This document shows, in pieces, positions 13,009-27,565 of a stretch of DNA of 64,000 nucleotides; position 1 is the first letter of the stretch; every line of letters starts with the position of its first letter. A program made the position numbers and the translations under genes. Origin of the DNA: Camelus ferus. Taxonomy: Eukaryota. The notes under the pieces were generated by a model. That model was not told where the DNA came from. It saw nothing but the letters and a program-made list of their open reading frames with translations, and ran no database searches. Location of the stretch: positions 79,734,001-79,798,000 of the forward strand of contig NC_045697.1 of assembly GCF_009834535.1 (NCBI RefSeq), written 5' to 3'.

Positions 13009-15549
13009 TATTTCATGATACAAACCATTGTAATTACTTTAGTTAATACCATGTTTTTATATATTTAGACTGTTTCCACTTCAGTTATCTGTTAGACTGC
13101 TGGGATGAACGTTGCATTTGTGAACATTAATGATTTTCTTACAATACACTGAATTGTTGTGTAAGGGATGTGCAGAAAGTTTTTGATGCAGGTTATTAAT
13201 ATAGATTTGATATTTTAAAGTAATTTATTGAAATTGGAGATCTCTCAAAAGGGCTTTCTAATTCTGTAACTCAGCTGAGAGTAGTTGTTTTCATAATATC
13301 CATGGCTCAAATTTAATAACTCTCAAAGGCAATTACAACAAAAAAAGGCATATCTTTGCTTCTGGTTGTTTTTCACCTTAATTCCTTCCCACCACACTCC
13401 TCCGTTTGTAACAGAAACTGCATATATTGAGAGATCGGATTATTCACCACGAGAATGTAGCCATTCAGGAGAGGATGAGAATGTAATTGATTTCTTTTCC
13501 ATATCAAAACAGACAGAATGATTTGGTATCTGGGTTTATAGAAAAGCATCCTTCCTTTAGTTATAAAACCAAGGGTCATGTTTATAAGTTTCTGGGCTGT
13601 CACTGTCTTTTATGAGCCTTCGTAGATGTGATCCTACATCTGACCTTCCTGATTTAAGATCAGCCTGGGGATAACTCCAGATTTAGTCTTCAAGTCTTAT
13701 CCTGCTTGGAATGTGACAGATCCTTTTCTTCAGAGCAATAATTCAGTCAGTCCCCCATATCAGCTCTGGTTTAGCATGTGTGATATCAAGGCCACATTTC
13801 TGCTGTGCACCCTTGTAATTAACCATACATACCCTCACTATAAATAGTGCCTGTGGCTTTTCAAGTGTAGTCCCAGTTCTGATGAAAGCATTAGCATCAA
13901 AATGTAAATTGCTGCTGTTTGTTGCAAACATAATTTTATCATTATCTTTGTTAATTTAGTATGAAATATACTAACTTGTCTGAGAAGCATGTAAACTTTA
14001 ACTACTACAATATGAAATTCAAGGATTCTGCTATTATTTATATATACTCCAAGAGCCAAAGGAAATCTACAATTTTTAGCCATGTGGAATACACCTTAAT
14101 ATGTGTCTACTCTATACATATAGGGTCTGGATGTATTCCAGACCCAGGTATATTATTTGTTAACTTACTATATTCCATTGGATCTCACAGGCCTCTCATC
14201 TCTAGAGGTCTATCACTGAGATCTGTATATTTTAGAAATTGGAATGTCAACATTATTCTTCTTGGAATAAATGAAGGGACTCCGTGGGTGTGAGTTGTGG
14301 CTGGTTGCTAAAAATATCTAATCAGATTGCATTGCTATAGCAACGGTGTTGCTAGGACTTTCAAGTTTCCCTGCAATCAGCTGGAATTCATAAGTGAAAG
14401 ATACTGTTTATCTCAGTGGTATTTTAAAGTGATCCTAGCTAGCATAAGGCAGGAACTCCATACTTTGGAAAGGATCTCATATCCCCAGTGAGTTGCACTC
14501 TAGTTTATGATTAGTTCAGAGTAGGTAACCTACAGTAACAGGGTGGTAATTTAGCAGCCTGTTTTGCAGAGTGTTTTGATTTCACAGATACTACCTAATT
14601 TAAGGTCATTTCCATCTGACTTTTCCAAGGGCTCACAAAGCAGTCAGACCATCAGTCATCACATGTTGATTATTTGAATGTGAAAGTATCGTTTCATGTT
14701 TCTATCACACATCAGAACACTTGAGAACTCCAAAAGTTATATTAGTTTTTGTATTTATCTCTTTTCCAAAATGAAAAATAACTTTATTTTAAAATTATAC
14801 TTATTATATAGTTATTATCTAAAATACAGAAAGTTCAGAAAGCATAAAGCAGATAGTTAAAAATCTCCTGGAGCTAACTGCTTTGTACATCATGGTAAAA
14901 ACCATGTATATCTATAGTTGCTAAATAAAGAGATATATAACATGTATGTATTTCCTTGACAGTGTGTTTTTTAAAGGTATCTTTACACTGGATTTTTAAA
15001 CTGCTTTGACGCTGTCTTCATGTTTGCTCTATTGTGGTTTTAATGCTGTTTTTTCCCTCACAAGTACCCTGAAACATTGAAATGGTCAGGGGTTAGTCAT
15101 AAAGTTGAAATCCTCTATGTTTACTAAGTATCTGTTCTGTCCTGTTCCAAGAGGTATTCAAAATATTTGGTTTAAGGATTTGGTTAATCACCACCTTCAT
15201 GGAGCATAAAGCCAGCATTTTTTCTTATTTTCGTCACTAAACTTTGAGTGAGGGAAAGAGACTGTGTGACTGTTTCATTTCAACTTTGTAATGAAGAATT
15301 TGACTCAAGGTATGGAATTATAATTAGTACATATTTTAACAGACTGAGCATTGAAGCCTGGAGAGCTGGTATTAGGTTGGCTGCACATGGGGTTGAGTCA
15401 GGCATGAACTATTAAGCATCATTCTGTCTATTGTTTGTCATTTCATGGAGACCCATAAGTGAAAAATAAAACAGCCCATCTTTGAGGATTTCATAGGCTG
15501 GCTGACTGGCTGATCAAAAAAGGTTGAGCTGCTTGTGGACCTAAGAGAA

Positions 15550-15825
15550 AATAATAATAGCCAACATTTGAGAGCCAAGTATGTGCCAGGCACTGTTAAT
15601 AAGAGTTTCATTATTAACTAACTGAAGCTTTATGATACCATAGGAAGGTACTGTTTCTAATGATAACCCTATGAGTATCCAATTGTGATTCCCATTCTAC
15701 AGATAAGAACACTGAAGCAGAGTAAAGTTGAACAACTTCCCAAGGTTACATGGCTACTAAGTATCAAAGCCAGAGTTCAAACCTAGGGTCTGTTTCCGAG
15801 GCCCTCTTCTCAAACCACTGTGCTT
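15550..15825 (-). mobile_element. MIR SINE
   Basis: TATGTGCCAGGCACTG...CCCATTCTACAGATAAGAACACTGAAGCAGAG...CCCAAGGTTACATGGCTACTAAGT. Confidence 0.85.
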
Positions 15826-16364
15826 TGCTCTGAAGGATACTGGGTGGTAGTTTTAGGTTAAGCCATTCTATTCACAGCCCTTGATTTTATCCAGTTTTGC
15901 TAGTCCAGAAATTTGTTTTTGTTTTCTGTCAGTTCACCCAGGGCTGCAGTATATTTACCCATTTGCTCACAGTGAGTAAATGTTAAACTAGTTAAACAAT
16001 TTACAAAGGAAGATACAACCTTTTCAGAAACATAGACTTGTCATCTCCAGAGCACACCTCATTTTCTGTGCACAAATCTACTCAGGGAACCAAATTACAA
16101 ATCAGAAAGTTCTGGTGAAAATGGAATTAGAATGAATATTTCTCAAAATACGTTTTCATTTTTGACGTATCTGATTTTCTTTCATTCTAAAAGTATCTTA
16201 CTGGCAAAGGAAAAAAAAGGTCACCTAAGATCAAAACACTTTCTCTTCATGTTAGTACTGAATAAAAGCTACTCAGTTGGTATTAATTGGTTCTTATTCA
16301 TGCATTTAGCTCACCTTCTGTAATGATAAATGACAATTCACTTCATTTGCTGACCAACTTGAAG

Positions 16365-16990
16365 AGGTTAAGGCAATATGGCAAAGTGGTTTTAGGACCA
16401 GGGCTTTTGCAGGCCAGCAAACTAGGTTCGATCCTGACTTTGCCACTTAATAGCTATGTGCCTTTGGGGAAAATACTTCTCTAAGCCTCAGTTTTCTCAT
16501 CTTTATAAATGGAAATAAGAAGTAATTCTGCTAGAGATTGCATGTGTCTTTCCCTGCCAACCCCCACCTGCATTCATATGTTGAAAACCTAATGCCCAAG
16601 GTGATGGTATTAGGAGGTGGGATGTTTGGGGGTGATTAGGTCATGAAAGTGGAGCCCTCCCCCATGAGTGGGATTAGCCTTTGTAAAAGAGACCCCAGGG
16701 AGCTCCCTGCCTCTCTGCCATGTGCACGTACAACGAGAGCTCAGCAGTCTGCAGATCCAAAGAGGGCCTTCACCAGAACCTGGCCATGCTGCCCTCTGAT
16801 CTTAGCCTTCAACTCCTAGGACTAGGAGACATAAATTTCTGTTGTTTATAAGCCACTTAGTCTGCAGTATTTTACTCTAGCAACCTGGATGGACTAAGAC
16901 AGTCTCTTAAAGTTGCTATAAAGATTAAGTGAGAAAATGTACATAAAGTACTTACTACTCAGTCACACAGAGCTCTTAATACATAGGGGC
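16365..16990 (+). mobile_element. MIR SINE split by an MLT1A LTR
   Basis: MIR head and core 16365-16528 (GGTTCGATCCTGACTTTGCCACTTAATAGCTATGTG...CCTCAGTTTTCTCATCT); tail resumes after 16901 (GATTAAGTGAGAAAATGTACATAAAGTACTTA). Confidence 0.75.
16529..16901 (+). mobile_element. MLT1A-type MaLR solo LTR
   Basis: TG...ATTCATATGTTGAAAACCTAATGCCCAAGGTGATGGTATTAGGAGGTGGG...ATAAATTTCTGTTGTTTATAAGCCAC...GGACTAAGACA. Confidence 0.88.
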
Positions 16991-18074
16991 CAATAATCTT
17001 GCCATATGAATTGGGATTTAGGAGATATCATTTCTGTAAATAGGGATCATATAAAATTTTATCTATTGTTTATGGAACAGGTTGAAAGAGATTTTAGGAA
17101 TAGCCCTGGCATCCAAAAGCATATGACTTTTGGCAAATCCCTAACCTCTTTTAGGCCTTAATTTCCTTCTTTCTTTGAGAAGGATATAATATACTAATTT
17201 TCAAGGTTGTGATAAAGTTTAGGGATAACAGAGAACAGACTTGGCTCAGAGCCCTAAATAAATGGGAGTGACTTTTTAAAAACAATGTAACTAGCTGAAA
17301 TCTCAGAGGGGCTTCACTTTCCTGATCATACGCCCAAGCTTTGAGAGCTTCTAACCTGTAGTCCTCTATGCACTATTTATTGCATTTTCAATTGTTGAAC
17401 TAAATGTTATGCTTTAATATGTTCGTGAGGTCATTCATGATACTGGTTTATTAGTTTCTCTTTTTGCTTCCTGCAGTCTTGTTGCCCTTAGTTCTACTTC
17501 ATGAATAATGGTAAATATGTGGGTTGTTGGATCATATTGAATCATGCTCCATTTTCCACGCAAACTATATGGTCTAATGATTTTTGTTACGGAGGGTCCC
17601 ATTTCACAAAAGGAATTTAGAAGTACTGTAAAAACCTGACAGATTTTGAATTCCCAGTTGGGTATATATTTTTGGGTCCCTCGTTTTTTTTACTATCATG
17701 GATTTTTGCTCATTTATTTCCTAGAGAGTTGAAGATAATTCAGCATAGATTTCAAAGGTTTTGCTCAAGGTTTGAGGAATAACATCTTGTACATTTGGGG
17801 AGACAAGCAAATCATTAATAAGGAGGTAATGATACGGTCTTTAAAAGTCAATATTAGCAAAACACACACATACAAATTTTTTCAGAAAAAAATGTAGAAG
17901 CATTCAAGAGAATTATCATAGAAAATTCTCCTCACATGGCTTTGTTTTTTTCAAATTTCCTAGTAGATGGCAGATTTCTGGTCATTAAGGGCATTTAGGG
18001 AGTGCTCAGGAGGTCTTAGAGAGATAGAAGCCTCATATATTGTGTGACCCATAGAATCTTTCATGTGCATTTTT

Positions 18075-18276
18075 TAAACTTTATTTATGTATTTATTTTA
18101 AAATATCATTTTTCAAGTTGAAGTATAGTTGTACAATATTATATGTTACAGGTATACAACACAGTGATTCACAATTTTAAAAGATTATACCATTTATAGT
18201 TATTATAAAACATAGGCTATATCCCCCATGTTGTACAACACATCCTTGTAGTTTATTTTATATCTGATTGTTTGTG
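18075..18276 (-). mobile_element. 5'-truncated L1 3' end
   Basis: TTGAAGTATAGTTGTACAATATTATATGTTACAGGTATACAAC. 14-bp TSD TCATGTGCATTTTT at 18061-18074 and 18277-18290. Confidence 0.88.
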
Positions 18277-18639
18277 TCATGTGCATTTTTAATGTCCAGG
18301 AAGCACAAACTCTTGTGTGTTCTTTATGCACCAAGTTTCTGCTCAGCAACTCACAGCTCCTGTGTTAGAAAGTGATGCATGACAGTTTGGGGGAAATGAC
18401 ACATTGTCATGTTGTGTCTGACAGCCATCCTTTCCATTTTCAGAGCTCTTACCATCTCTTCTCTGCTCCAGATGCTCTTCCCTAGGTCTCCTCTTCTTCT
18501 CTGGACTGCCATCTCAGCCCTGCAAAAGGCCAAAATGCTAATGAAGGCATTAACTGCTAATGTGATACCTTGCCACCCCCTACTCAACCCCGGGGCTCTT
18601 ATGTTAAGAGCCATGATCCATCTCCCCCACCACAGGGTT

Positions 18640-18960
18640 TGTGCTCCTTAAAAGGGCTGCCATCAAGACCCAAAGGAATGAAAAATTATACGGTAGGAAA
18701 ATGGGTCCAAGGTAGCAGTGCGGAAAGGAAGCTTAATGCCGGTTCTATGGAGACCACCTATACATTCTGCTGGAGGGGCTGTGGAGAGGTAGTGAGGGCG
18801 GGAAGATGGGAAGAGCCTTACCCTGCTGAGTCTCAGTCTCTGAGGGACAGGGGAGAGTGGGTTGCCCCTGATGGCCCTACCTCACAACAACCTGGAGGGC
18901 TGGGGGTTGGAGGGGGCACATCTCCATCCCCTAGCCTGACTCCTTTCTCCAGCTGGCGAA
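18640..18960 (-). mobile_element. Possible ancient ERVL-type LTR fragment
   Basis: GC-richer block with the layout of an antisense LTR (GGGTCCAAGG...GGAAGCTTAAT); family not identified. Confidence 0.35.
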
Positions 18961-20722
18961 GGGGAATTAGCATGAGATTCTTTACTATCCCCATCCTTTC
19001 TAATCAAGTATGTTCTTAGAAAGGTGGGAGACCACTTCTGAAAATTTTCTGGGCACCTGGAGTAAATAAACAGCTCTTAATTTTGAATTTCAAAGTGTCT
19101 CACAAAGCTTTGTAGCTGATTTTTGACCTCTACGTATGCTGCTGAATTTTCTTTTGCAAGGGTTTAGTTTCCTGTTTCGTTTAGGTAAATATTAAACTTA
19201 TGTCATAGTCCTTGAGCACCTTATAATAGTGGACACTCTGACTCGAACAGTTTTCTATTTTGTGAACAACACTTGCAGAATATTATGGTTGATGATATAA
19301 CCTCTGCAAAAGATAAAAAACAGAAAAACACAAAGGGTGAAGCCCAGTGTGCTGCATGTAGCAGTCTTTGATCTTTTTTCTTTAAAGAGAAATTTCTGCA
19401 AAACTGAACCCTCGATGTCAGTCTATCATGAAAGAGAAAATCTCAACCAACATTGCAGAAATGAGAGCTATCACACATTTTCTGAAGACTGTTCAGTTAA
19501 TGAACTCTCTCTTCATGAACTATGCTGCAACTATAAATCCTTTAGAAACTCATATTATTTGGGTTCCATCCAAACTTTGGATTTGCATCTCTCATTTACA
19601 TGCAGATTTCTGCATGGACCTTTATGTTCCAATCGTTTTAAGTGCACTTAAAAATGGATTAGAAGAACTTGGCTGGTGAGGTTGCATTTTAGCTGCAGCA
19701 TGCAGTTTTTATGGAAGCCCCTATTAACTAGACAGTCTGAGCTGGTGGTATTTGATGTGAGGCGATCCATGCCAGTTGCTCTGAAAAGCTCTTCCTCCCT
19801 ACCTTTATTTCAGTGTCAAATGACCCATCAGACCTGATCCTCAGATACTGAAAACATTCATTTTCTAAATAATTGGATGTGGTGGTTTTAGGGCAGAGGG
19901 CCGCTGAGGCACTTCTTATGTGACTTTAATGGCTACAGAGAAGCAAAGTTCAAAGTCATACGTGGGAAAACAATGGGAATTTATCACAATTCTCGATTAT
20001 ATTTCCCTTGAAAATCACAAGATGAAATGTTTAGGATGTTTGATTTTTAAAGAGTGCTTTATTTGTCAGTCAGTCTCAATGTCCGTGTGTTCAAATTGAT
20101 AAAACCAGTATTCTGTTGCCTGAGGCAGCTGGCTGAAATTAATGATCTAAAACACAGGCAACTTGACAGGAAGCCATTTTACAAAGCTAGTGGTTGTGAC
20201 TTGGAGAAAATTTGAAATTAAGTCTATCTTGGAGTAAGGGCAATATTTTAAGGAATATTAGTCATTGACCACCAATCAAAACAACAGCTTACAATTAAAA
20301 ACGCATGCTTATGCTTTAGTAGCAAAATTTCTAAGGAATCGTTGTGTTAAGGATCAACGTCATAGGAGTTATCACATTCTTTTAGGAGAAAAGCCTGTGT
20401 GAATGGAAGAAAAATGAAATCATTCTTTACTACGTGACAGCTCGCTAGTCCAGAAACTTAGAATTCAAACAGTGCTTCCTTTAGCACTTGCGCCAAACCT
20501 GATGAGATGATTTTTCAGGGGATATCCAGGGCTAGCCAGAGCAGAACTGTAAGGATTATAGCAATACAGCATCAGCATGGTTTCCTCTCCTATCATCCCA
20601 CAGAAGCATGGGCGCCTGAGTCAAGGGGATGTTTCTCCAGGTTGTCCCTACCCTTGTTTCAGCCACCAATAGGCAACTGCATCCTTTTAGATCTTCCTGA
20701 TGGGATAATCTATGGGCAGCAC

Positions 20723-21346
20723 TGTTGCTGGGATTAGGTTCTTGCCTTGTCGCAGAAAGAATTCAGAGAGGAGACTCGGAGGTTGAGAAAGTAAAGTGAG
20801 GATTTATTAAGGGATGGATAGGACACTCCCAAAGGGAGAGCCGGCAGGCTCAGGTGAGCAGCTGCCCTGAGTTTCTTTGGTAAATTGGTTACATAGAGTG
20901 TAAAAATGAATGGATGGAATGTTCACTGGGGAGGGAAGGGTCTGGGGTCATATTCCCTGATTTTAATCCTAACTCCATCTTCCTGAAGGGAAAAGGGATT
21001 TTGTCCCTATTTAGTCTGGATTGGAAATGTCAGGGCATCAGTGCATGATAGGTACTTTTAGTCTGCAAGGCTAATTTTTTTGAAATGAGGGCATAATGAG
21101 AAAATGTTACCATTTGGATACTAGAGATTCCTGCCTTTTCCTACCTTTCTTTGTCAGTCTCCAGGTCACTTGTCACCCCAAAATGTGTGATGGCTTATCA
21201 GCCCAGAGGTTCCTGCTTTTGTCTGTCCATGGACCCCCTGTTGTTTACATGATGTATTGTTTCCTGCCCCTCCTTTTTGCCGAGTTCCTGCCATTTGGCC
21301 TAGTACCCCTTTCTCTGCACATATCTAGCTGCCTGCTCTGCTACCA
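20723..21346 (-). mobile_element. ERV solo LTR (ERV1-like)
   Basis: TG...CA bounded ~620 bp; antisense U5-like TTAGGTTCTTGCCTTGTCGCAGAAAGAATTC; antisense AATAAA at 20803-20808. No clean TSD found. Confidence 0.75.
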
Positions 21347-23419
21347 CTCTTTTCACTTGCCCCATTTCTTTGGGATGTGAATGGATAGAACTGAGTTGCT
21401 GATTCTTGCAAGGATATCACTTTCTTCCATTAATCCTACAATTCTCTGTGATTATTATTCTTTTCATCTAAGTAGACACATAAATCCAAGGTGTAGCTGA
21501 ATTTCCTAAAACACTGGACTTCTTCCCAAAATAACCAACTGAGGGGAACTATGTGACTTCCTTATTCTTGACCATTTATGGCAGGATTTCAAAGCTTTTT
21601 CTTTAAGGTAGCAATTAAAGATGTGTGTGTATATTTTTATATTTAAAGATATATGTACTTACAGATTCTGTATATTAAAAAGGTGGTTAATAACCTACTG
21701 CTGATAGGCTTAAAATTTTTTAATATCCTTGTTTAAATTATTTTGTATTTCTCAATAATATTTAAAGTTCTCTGTCACTACACATACAGTGTGAAATAGA
21801 TACACAGAAAGTGTGTTACTTTAACCACACTTGTAAATAAAGTTATGAGCATACTTTTTGTATCTACAACCTGCCCTACGTATATAAAAGTCAGTTTTTC
21901 CAAGCAAAATATTTTCAGTTAAATGTTTTTATTTGATCCCGTGTAGTCTTTGATTTTTTGGACGGTAATAAATCAGGTAAAACAAAACACACAAAATATT
22001 CCAGAAAAAAAATTGTAGTTGTTTTTGATGATTGAGTAAATACAACTAATTTTGTTCATATTAATAGAATTCATTCTTTCAAAAAAATTTCATCTTGAAA
22101 AGAGATGAAAATGTATGTTATTCGTGAACACAGATTAAAAATCATTTTGAGCATTAAAAATATCTTCTGTACATGAGGAAATTATAATGGTATTCAACAA
22201 AATTTCAGTACTTCTGAGAATCTGCTTTTGGATCTTTGATATGTGTTAGGGAGAAAGTTCCCATTTTTCTGTTTCCTAAAAGAGTTAGAGCACTAATTTA
22301 AAATCTGCAATAGCAAAATTATTTTTTATGATCATAAAAGTCCAGAAAAATAGTGGATGTATTCCTAAATACAACTGAATATATGTATGTTGTGGGTTTT
22401 ATTTCTAAACTACATGTAGACTACGAAGGCATTCTCTATCATCTAATACATATAGTGCAACGGTAGGGTTACAAACTTCAAAGGTTAGATGTTGTTCATT
22501 GTATTAATAACGTATTGGTCTTGCTATGATAACTGGGTTACTGGTTAGGCTTTCAGTGATTAGATTGATACTAGCTGCGTAGAATTTTTCTATTTTAAAT
22601 TTTATCATTTAAAAAATCTATATGCAAGACATTTCCCATTTTCACTGTCTTTTTTTTTTTTTTTTTCTGGTCTGTTTGTTTTTTTGACTTCCTGAGCCAA
22701 AAAAAAAATGTTATTTTTGCTTATGAGGTAATTTTAATGATAAAATGTTTCGGGTCTTTATTCCACCAAAACACAAGAAAGGATTTTCAATGAATTTATT
22801 TGAAAAATGGAGAGAATAACATAGCAGATCCTTTAGAGGACAGGGATATAAAATCAGGGTATTGCTTTGGGTTAGGGAAATAGAGAAAATAATGATTTTT
22901 CTTTCTTTTTACTCTTTTTGGCAGATATTCATTTATTATAAGGCAGGACCTATCACATTAATTAATAAATAATAACAGTGTGGAACACATTCTTTGGAAT
23001 GCAGTTCATGGCTTCTTGCCCAGGACAGCAGAACAGCTGTTTCTGCTGAATTACTGGAATGTGAGAAGCAATGATGTAAACCCTTCAAAGCACAGAGAGT
23101 AAAGGGGATTTTTTTCCTCTTAAATCCCAATGAATAGAAGCTTTTAAACACAAAGAAGGAATTCAGAGAGCCCTGTACTCCTTGTGAATAAGATTTTTCC
23201 CCCTTGCACATCTCCATTATTCTCCCAGTGCCTTAGTGTAAAGTGTTTCACTGGTTCCTGGTCTCACAAGACTGTTCTGTTCATCCACAAATCACTCAGA
23301 ACCAGAGCACCCTACGGTCAGCCTACGGTGAACCCATAAGATCTCTGCAGGGAGAGGGTGGAGAGCAATGCCGGGCTGGGGCGTGGCCGGCAGGGCGTAC
23401 AGCGTGGCAGAGGCTCCAG

Positions 23420-24510
23420 AGTTGAAGGCCTTCAGAGCAGATCCCCGTTCTGCCTCACTGTAGTGCTGGGACCTCAGTCAAGTTACTTAACACACACAGC
23501 ATGTTGCTCAACTTGCCTCAATTTTTAATCAACAGCATGAGGATAATAATAGGATTGATCTCATAGGATCCTGGATGAATATTAACAGAAACAATCTGTG
23601 TAAAGCAAAATGCCTGGTTCATGTAAACACTGAATACATGGTAGTTATTTTTATTAGGCATTTTATTCCAAAGCATTTTTCAATAGGTTTGTTGTACAAA
23701 AGGGCACATTTATGGAGTTGAATAATGTCTGTTTAAAAAATGTACGGGAATGGAAATCAAGCCAGACTGGGATCAGACACCACTAAATACTTGCTGTGTG
23801 ATTTACAAGTTATTTAACTTCTCTTAAATCTCAGTTTACTTCTCTGAAAAAACTAGATGTAGTGATGGTTTCTGTTGATTCTATGCTTATTACATTCTGG
23901 GTACTGTGCTAAGTGTTTTACATGCCTTAGGTGATTGAATCCTGCAAACAAGCTTAAGTGATAGGACCTACTATAACATTTTACAGAGGAAGAAACAGGT
24001 ACAGAGAAGAATGTGATTCCATTCATTTAAATAGTACTTACTGAGCATCTATTATATGCCAAGACACTTTTTCTTGATACTGGAGATGTAGCCATGAATA
24101 ACACAGACAAAAAGAGCAGGGGCTGGGCCCAAATACGGCTATGCTCTAATAGGGAAGGGGAATGAACAAACATTTAAAAAAACATATATCCTATATTGGA
24201 GTGGTAAGTGCAAAGAAGAAAAAGAAAAAGAAAGCAGTGAGGTGTGTGCCATGATTAATAATTTTAGGTGGGGTCACCAGGGATGGTCTCAGAGAAAAAG
24301 GTAACATTTTGAGGGTTAAAAACCTAAAAGGGTTGAGGAAGTAAGAATTCCAGGGAAAGGAAAGAAGCAAGTATTTGCATTTTCAAATGATTCCCTATGT
24401 TACTGGTATAAACCTACCTACCTCTTTGGGCTCTTGAGAAGATCAAGTGAAATAATGTAAATAAACTTTGTAAACAATAAAACACTAGGTAAGTAATAAT
24501 TATTATTATT
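23420..24510. mobile_element. Cluster of MIR fragments (both strands) and an antisense L2 3' end (~24018-24360)
   Basis: MIR cores near 23480, 23810 and 23980; ATTCCATTCATTTAAATAGTACTTACTGAGCATCTATTATATGCCAAGACAC is an L2 tail. Confidence 0.7.
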
Positions 24511-27039
24511 CCAAAGAGGAAGAGAACATTGTGATACAATTTAGTATCAGACAGAGGTCTATCAGGTTTTCTCTACTATTTTCCTGTCCTTTTGTTTCTT
24601 AAAAGTACATTTTCAAAAAGTGTTCTGGTACAGAGGATGATGTGAATTCACTTCCTAAGGCAATGTCAATAGAAAAGACACATCACTCCTGTTCCAGCTG
24701 ACGTAAACTCATCACTGAATTTCAATAGCTCCTCAGAAAGATTCAGAATTGTTCTTTGCCTATAATGGAGACTGAACATGTCTTATAAAACCATTCTTGA
24801 TTTCTCAAATGAAGGCCATTTGGGATATCAGAAATGTCCTTATTCTTTTGCTGATATTAACTACGAATGATGCAGTTCATTCAAAGTCAAGAGTTTTTTT
24901 TTTTAATAGTCAATGAATTATTAGGTCACCCATACGATTCACCCCAGCCTGACTAAAAACTAGCCCTGAAAACACGTGCAGATGTTGTTCCATGGTTCTA
25001 TAATGACCTGACTGAGACCCAGTTAGCCAAAATGACTGACCACTTATTCCAGGGATTGATTCCAGTATATCCTCCCATTCTTCATTCTTGTTTTGCTTTT
25101 TAAGGTAGTGTGGCTTTAAGTAAGAATTCCTCCAGTATATTTACTGAAGTTTAGGAGTTTGCAAAATAAAGGAATGCATTAATGAGGAACAGCCTTCTGT
25201 AAGAAGTTTTTCTTTTCGGGGTGCAAAACTTGCAGGCATGTAACCTACAAGCTACAGGTCTTGTATTACTTCCGACAATAGCGATTACTACTCTCAGTTA
25301 CGTAACTATTAATACCCTGGGCGATGCTTCATGCTTCTTTTTTTTTAATTTTTAAATAAATTTTAAATATATCCTATTCAGTTTTGTGGTGAAAAGGCTT
25401 CCCAAATGTATGGGGGGTGGGAATGATGTAGAGAGAGCCTCTGGTGATGGAGCCTGAGCTGAGAAAGCAAATTCACGGTAGAGTCAGGGAAGAAATTTGG
25501 GCTTGATTCCAGAGAAGCAGAGAGGTAAATTCTGTGGAGGTTTTTCATTTACACTCACTGGATTAGATTCCCTTTTATCTACTGTCTAATTTTTTAAATG
25601 CCAAGAAACATGATCTTGAAAAATCACTGCCATCTTTAAAAGGAGATACCTTTCTGAAATATATACAAGTGTTTGTCATTCAGTCAATGAATTACAGAGT
25701 TTGTAATAAATATTATGTATTTATGGCGGTCTCTCTATTTCCCTATGTGACTCTTCGTTAAAGCTGTGTTAACATATAAATATGTATTAGACAATTTGAG
25801 CCATGGCTTTTAAGGAGCTTGGAATCTAAAGGGAAAGAAAAGACACTTAGATAAATCTGTTTTAAGAATTAACTATTTTAAAATATTAACAACAACTAAA
25901 GTTAAACAATTTAACATTAGGCTTCCCACTTTGAAGTCAACAGTCCTTGGATTGCTTTCTTGTTCTCTTCCATTTTTCTCTTTTTCCACTCCTTTGGAGC
26001 TTCTAAATGTCTCCCCTGTTTCAGTATTTTAATAGGTAAACACTTTAGGGGTTCAGCAAGTTTGCTTGCACAAAGAATATGTACGTGTGTGTTTTTCCTA
26101 CCTGGGAAGGGAAAATAGGGTAGATTATCAATCTGTCTATATGATGTTGCTGATCATATGTATTTGGTAACACACATAAATTAACTGATCAGTATTTTAG
26201 TGGCAAATTCAGCAACATTGCTCCTGTCATTTATGGAATGCATGTTTTACCAGATTGCAAACTAAGGCCTAAGAGAAAAAGCCTTATTATTTATTAAAAT
26301 CTATTCTAGTTCCTGGTCCTTAAATCGGACATTCTTCACCTATATTGTATTTGGTATTTGGTTCCAAGATAACAGCATGTTCCAACTAGAAGGGGCTCTA
26401 GTACAAACCTATCACTTTTCATGGTGACTTCCCAGTTCTTGGTAAGTCTAGAGTCCTGGTCACATCCTCCAGGCACTTGCCATTGCCTGCCAGCAGGCAC
26501 TGACCATATGTGAATATCATTTGTGTAGAGCTAATCATGATAGAGAATTTGTAATCATGATAGCAAATGTAAAAATACAATTGCTTACTTCTATTAATGT
26601 GGCTGATGGTAATTCACTTAACCTTGAAGGGGTTAGGGGAGTGGCTTTAGTGTCATAATTGAACCATGGACTATTTTTAGCAGAGACTTCATCTCACTTT
26701 TCATTGGCTGAGTGATGCAGTGATGAGTCCTGAAAAATTAGCCCATTTCCCCTCATTATACTTTTTCTGACCTGACGGGAGCTGAATTTCAGGAGGTTAG
26801 TGTAATCAATACAATGAAGTTACAGCAAAAGAGATGATTTCTCCTTCCATTACTTGACTTTTTATAAAAGTAATAAATATTATTGGTTTTTTAAAAAACC
26901 TGTACATAGCTCTAGGGGGTGTCTAATTTTAAAAAATAGTTTAGAGTATTGGTGGGAGAGGAAAGAGGATGAGTCAGCTCATGAATGTGGACCAAAAAAT
27001 AGGGTGAATTCAGATTAGAGCTTAAATTTCACATTGTTC

Positions 27040-27565
27040 TTTCCCATTAAGCCCACATCTCATTTTACAGACTCCCCACCAATAATCTAACCCAGCAGGA
27101 GCCACGCTTTCCATGGGTGGTCCCAGCTACCTCAGCCCATCACTCTCCACCTCCCATCCTCCACTCTGTCTGCTTGGACCGCCTTGGAGTTTACCAACCA
27201 CTCCACGCATGAGTACTCTACTCTGCTGCCCTGAAGTCTCTGTACAGATGTGCTAGTGGCTGGCTCCCGCACTCATTTCCGGTCCCTCAGCAAATGTCAC
27301 TTTCTCAGAGCCATTGTATCTGCATCCTCATCTAAAATATCTCCACTCCTATGGCTCTCTATCACCTTGTCTTGTGTTGTCTTTGTATCACCACTCGCCA
27401 TATTTCATTTGCATTTGTGTGTTTTCTGAATCCTTGCGCTGTCACACAAACTCCATGAGATGGGGTCTCTGTTTTGTCCATTGAGACATTCCCCAGCACC
27501 TAGATCAGTTCCTGGCACTTAATGGGTGCTTAATAAATAATTGGGGAGGGGGGGATCAATGAATT
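27040..27565 (+). mobile_element. L2 3' region
   Basis: CT-rich, ending CCCCAGCACCTAGATCAGTTCCTGGCACTTAATGGGTGCTTAATAAATA. Confidence 0.8.

Noticed and set aside
18570..19019. 149-aa ORF, the longest in the track
   Set aside because: Non-ATG start, overlaps a GC-rich probable LTR remnant, and has no recognisable domain or supporting splice structure.
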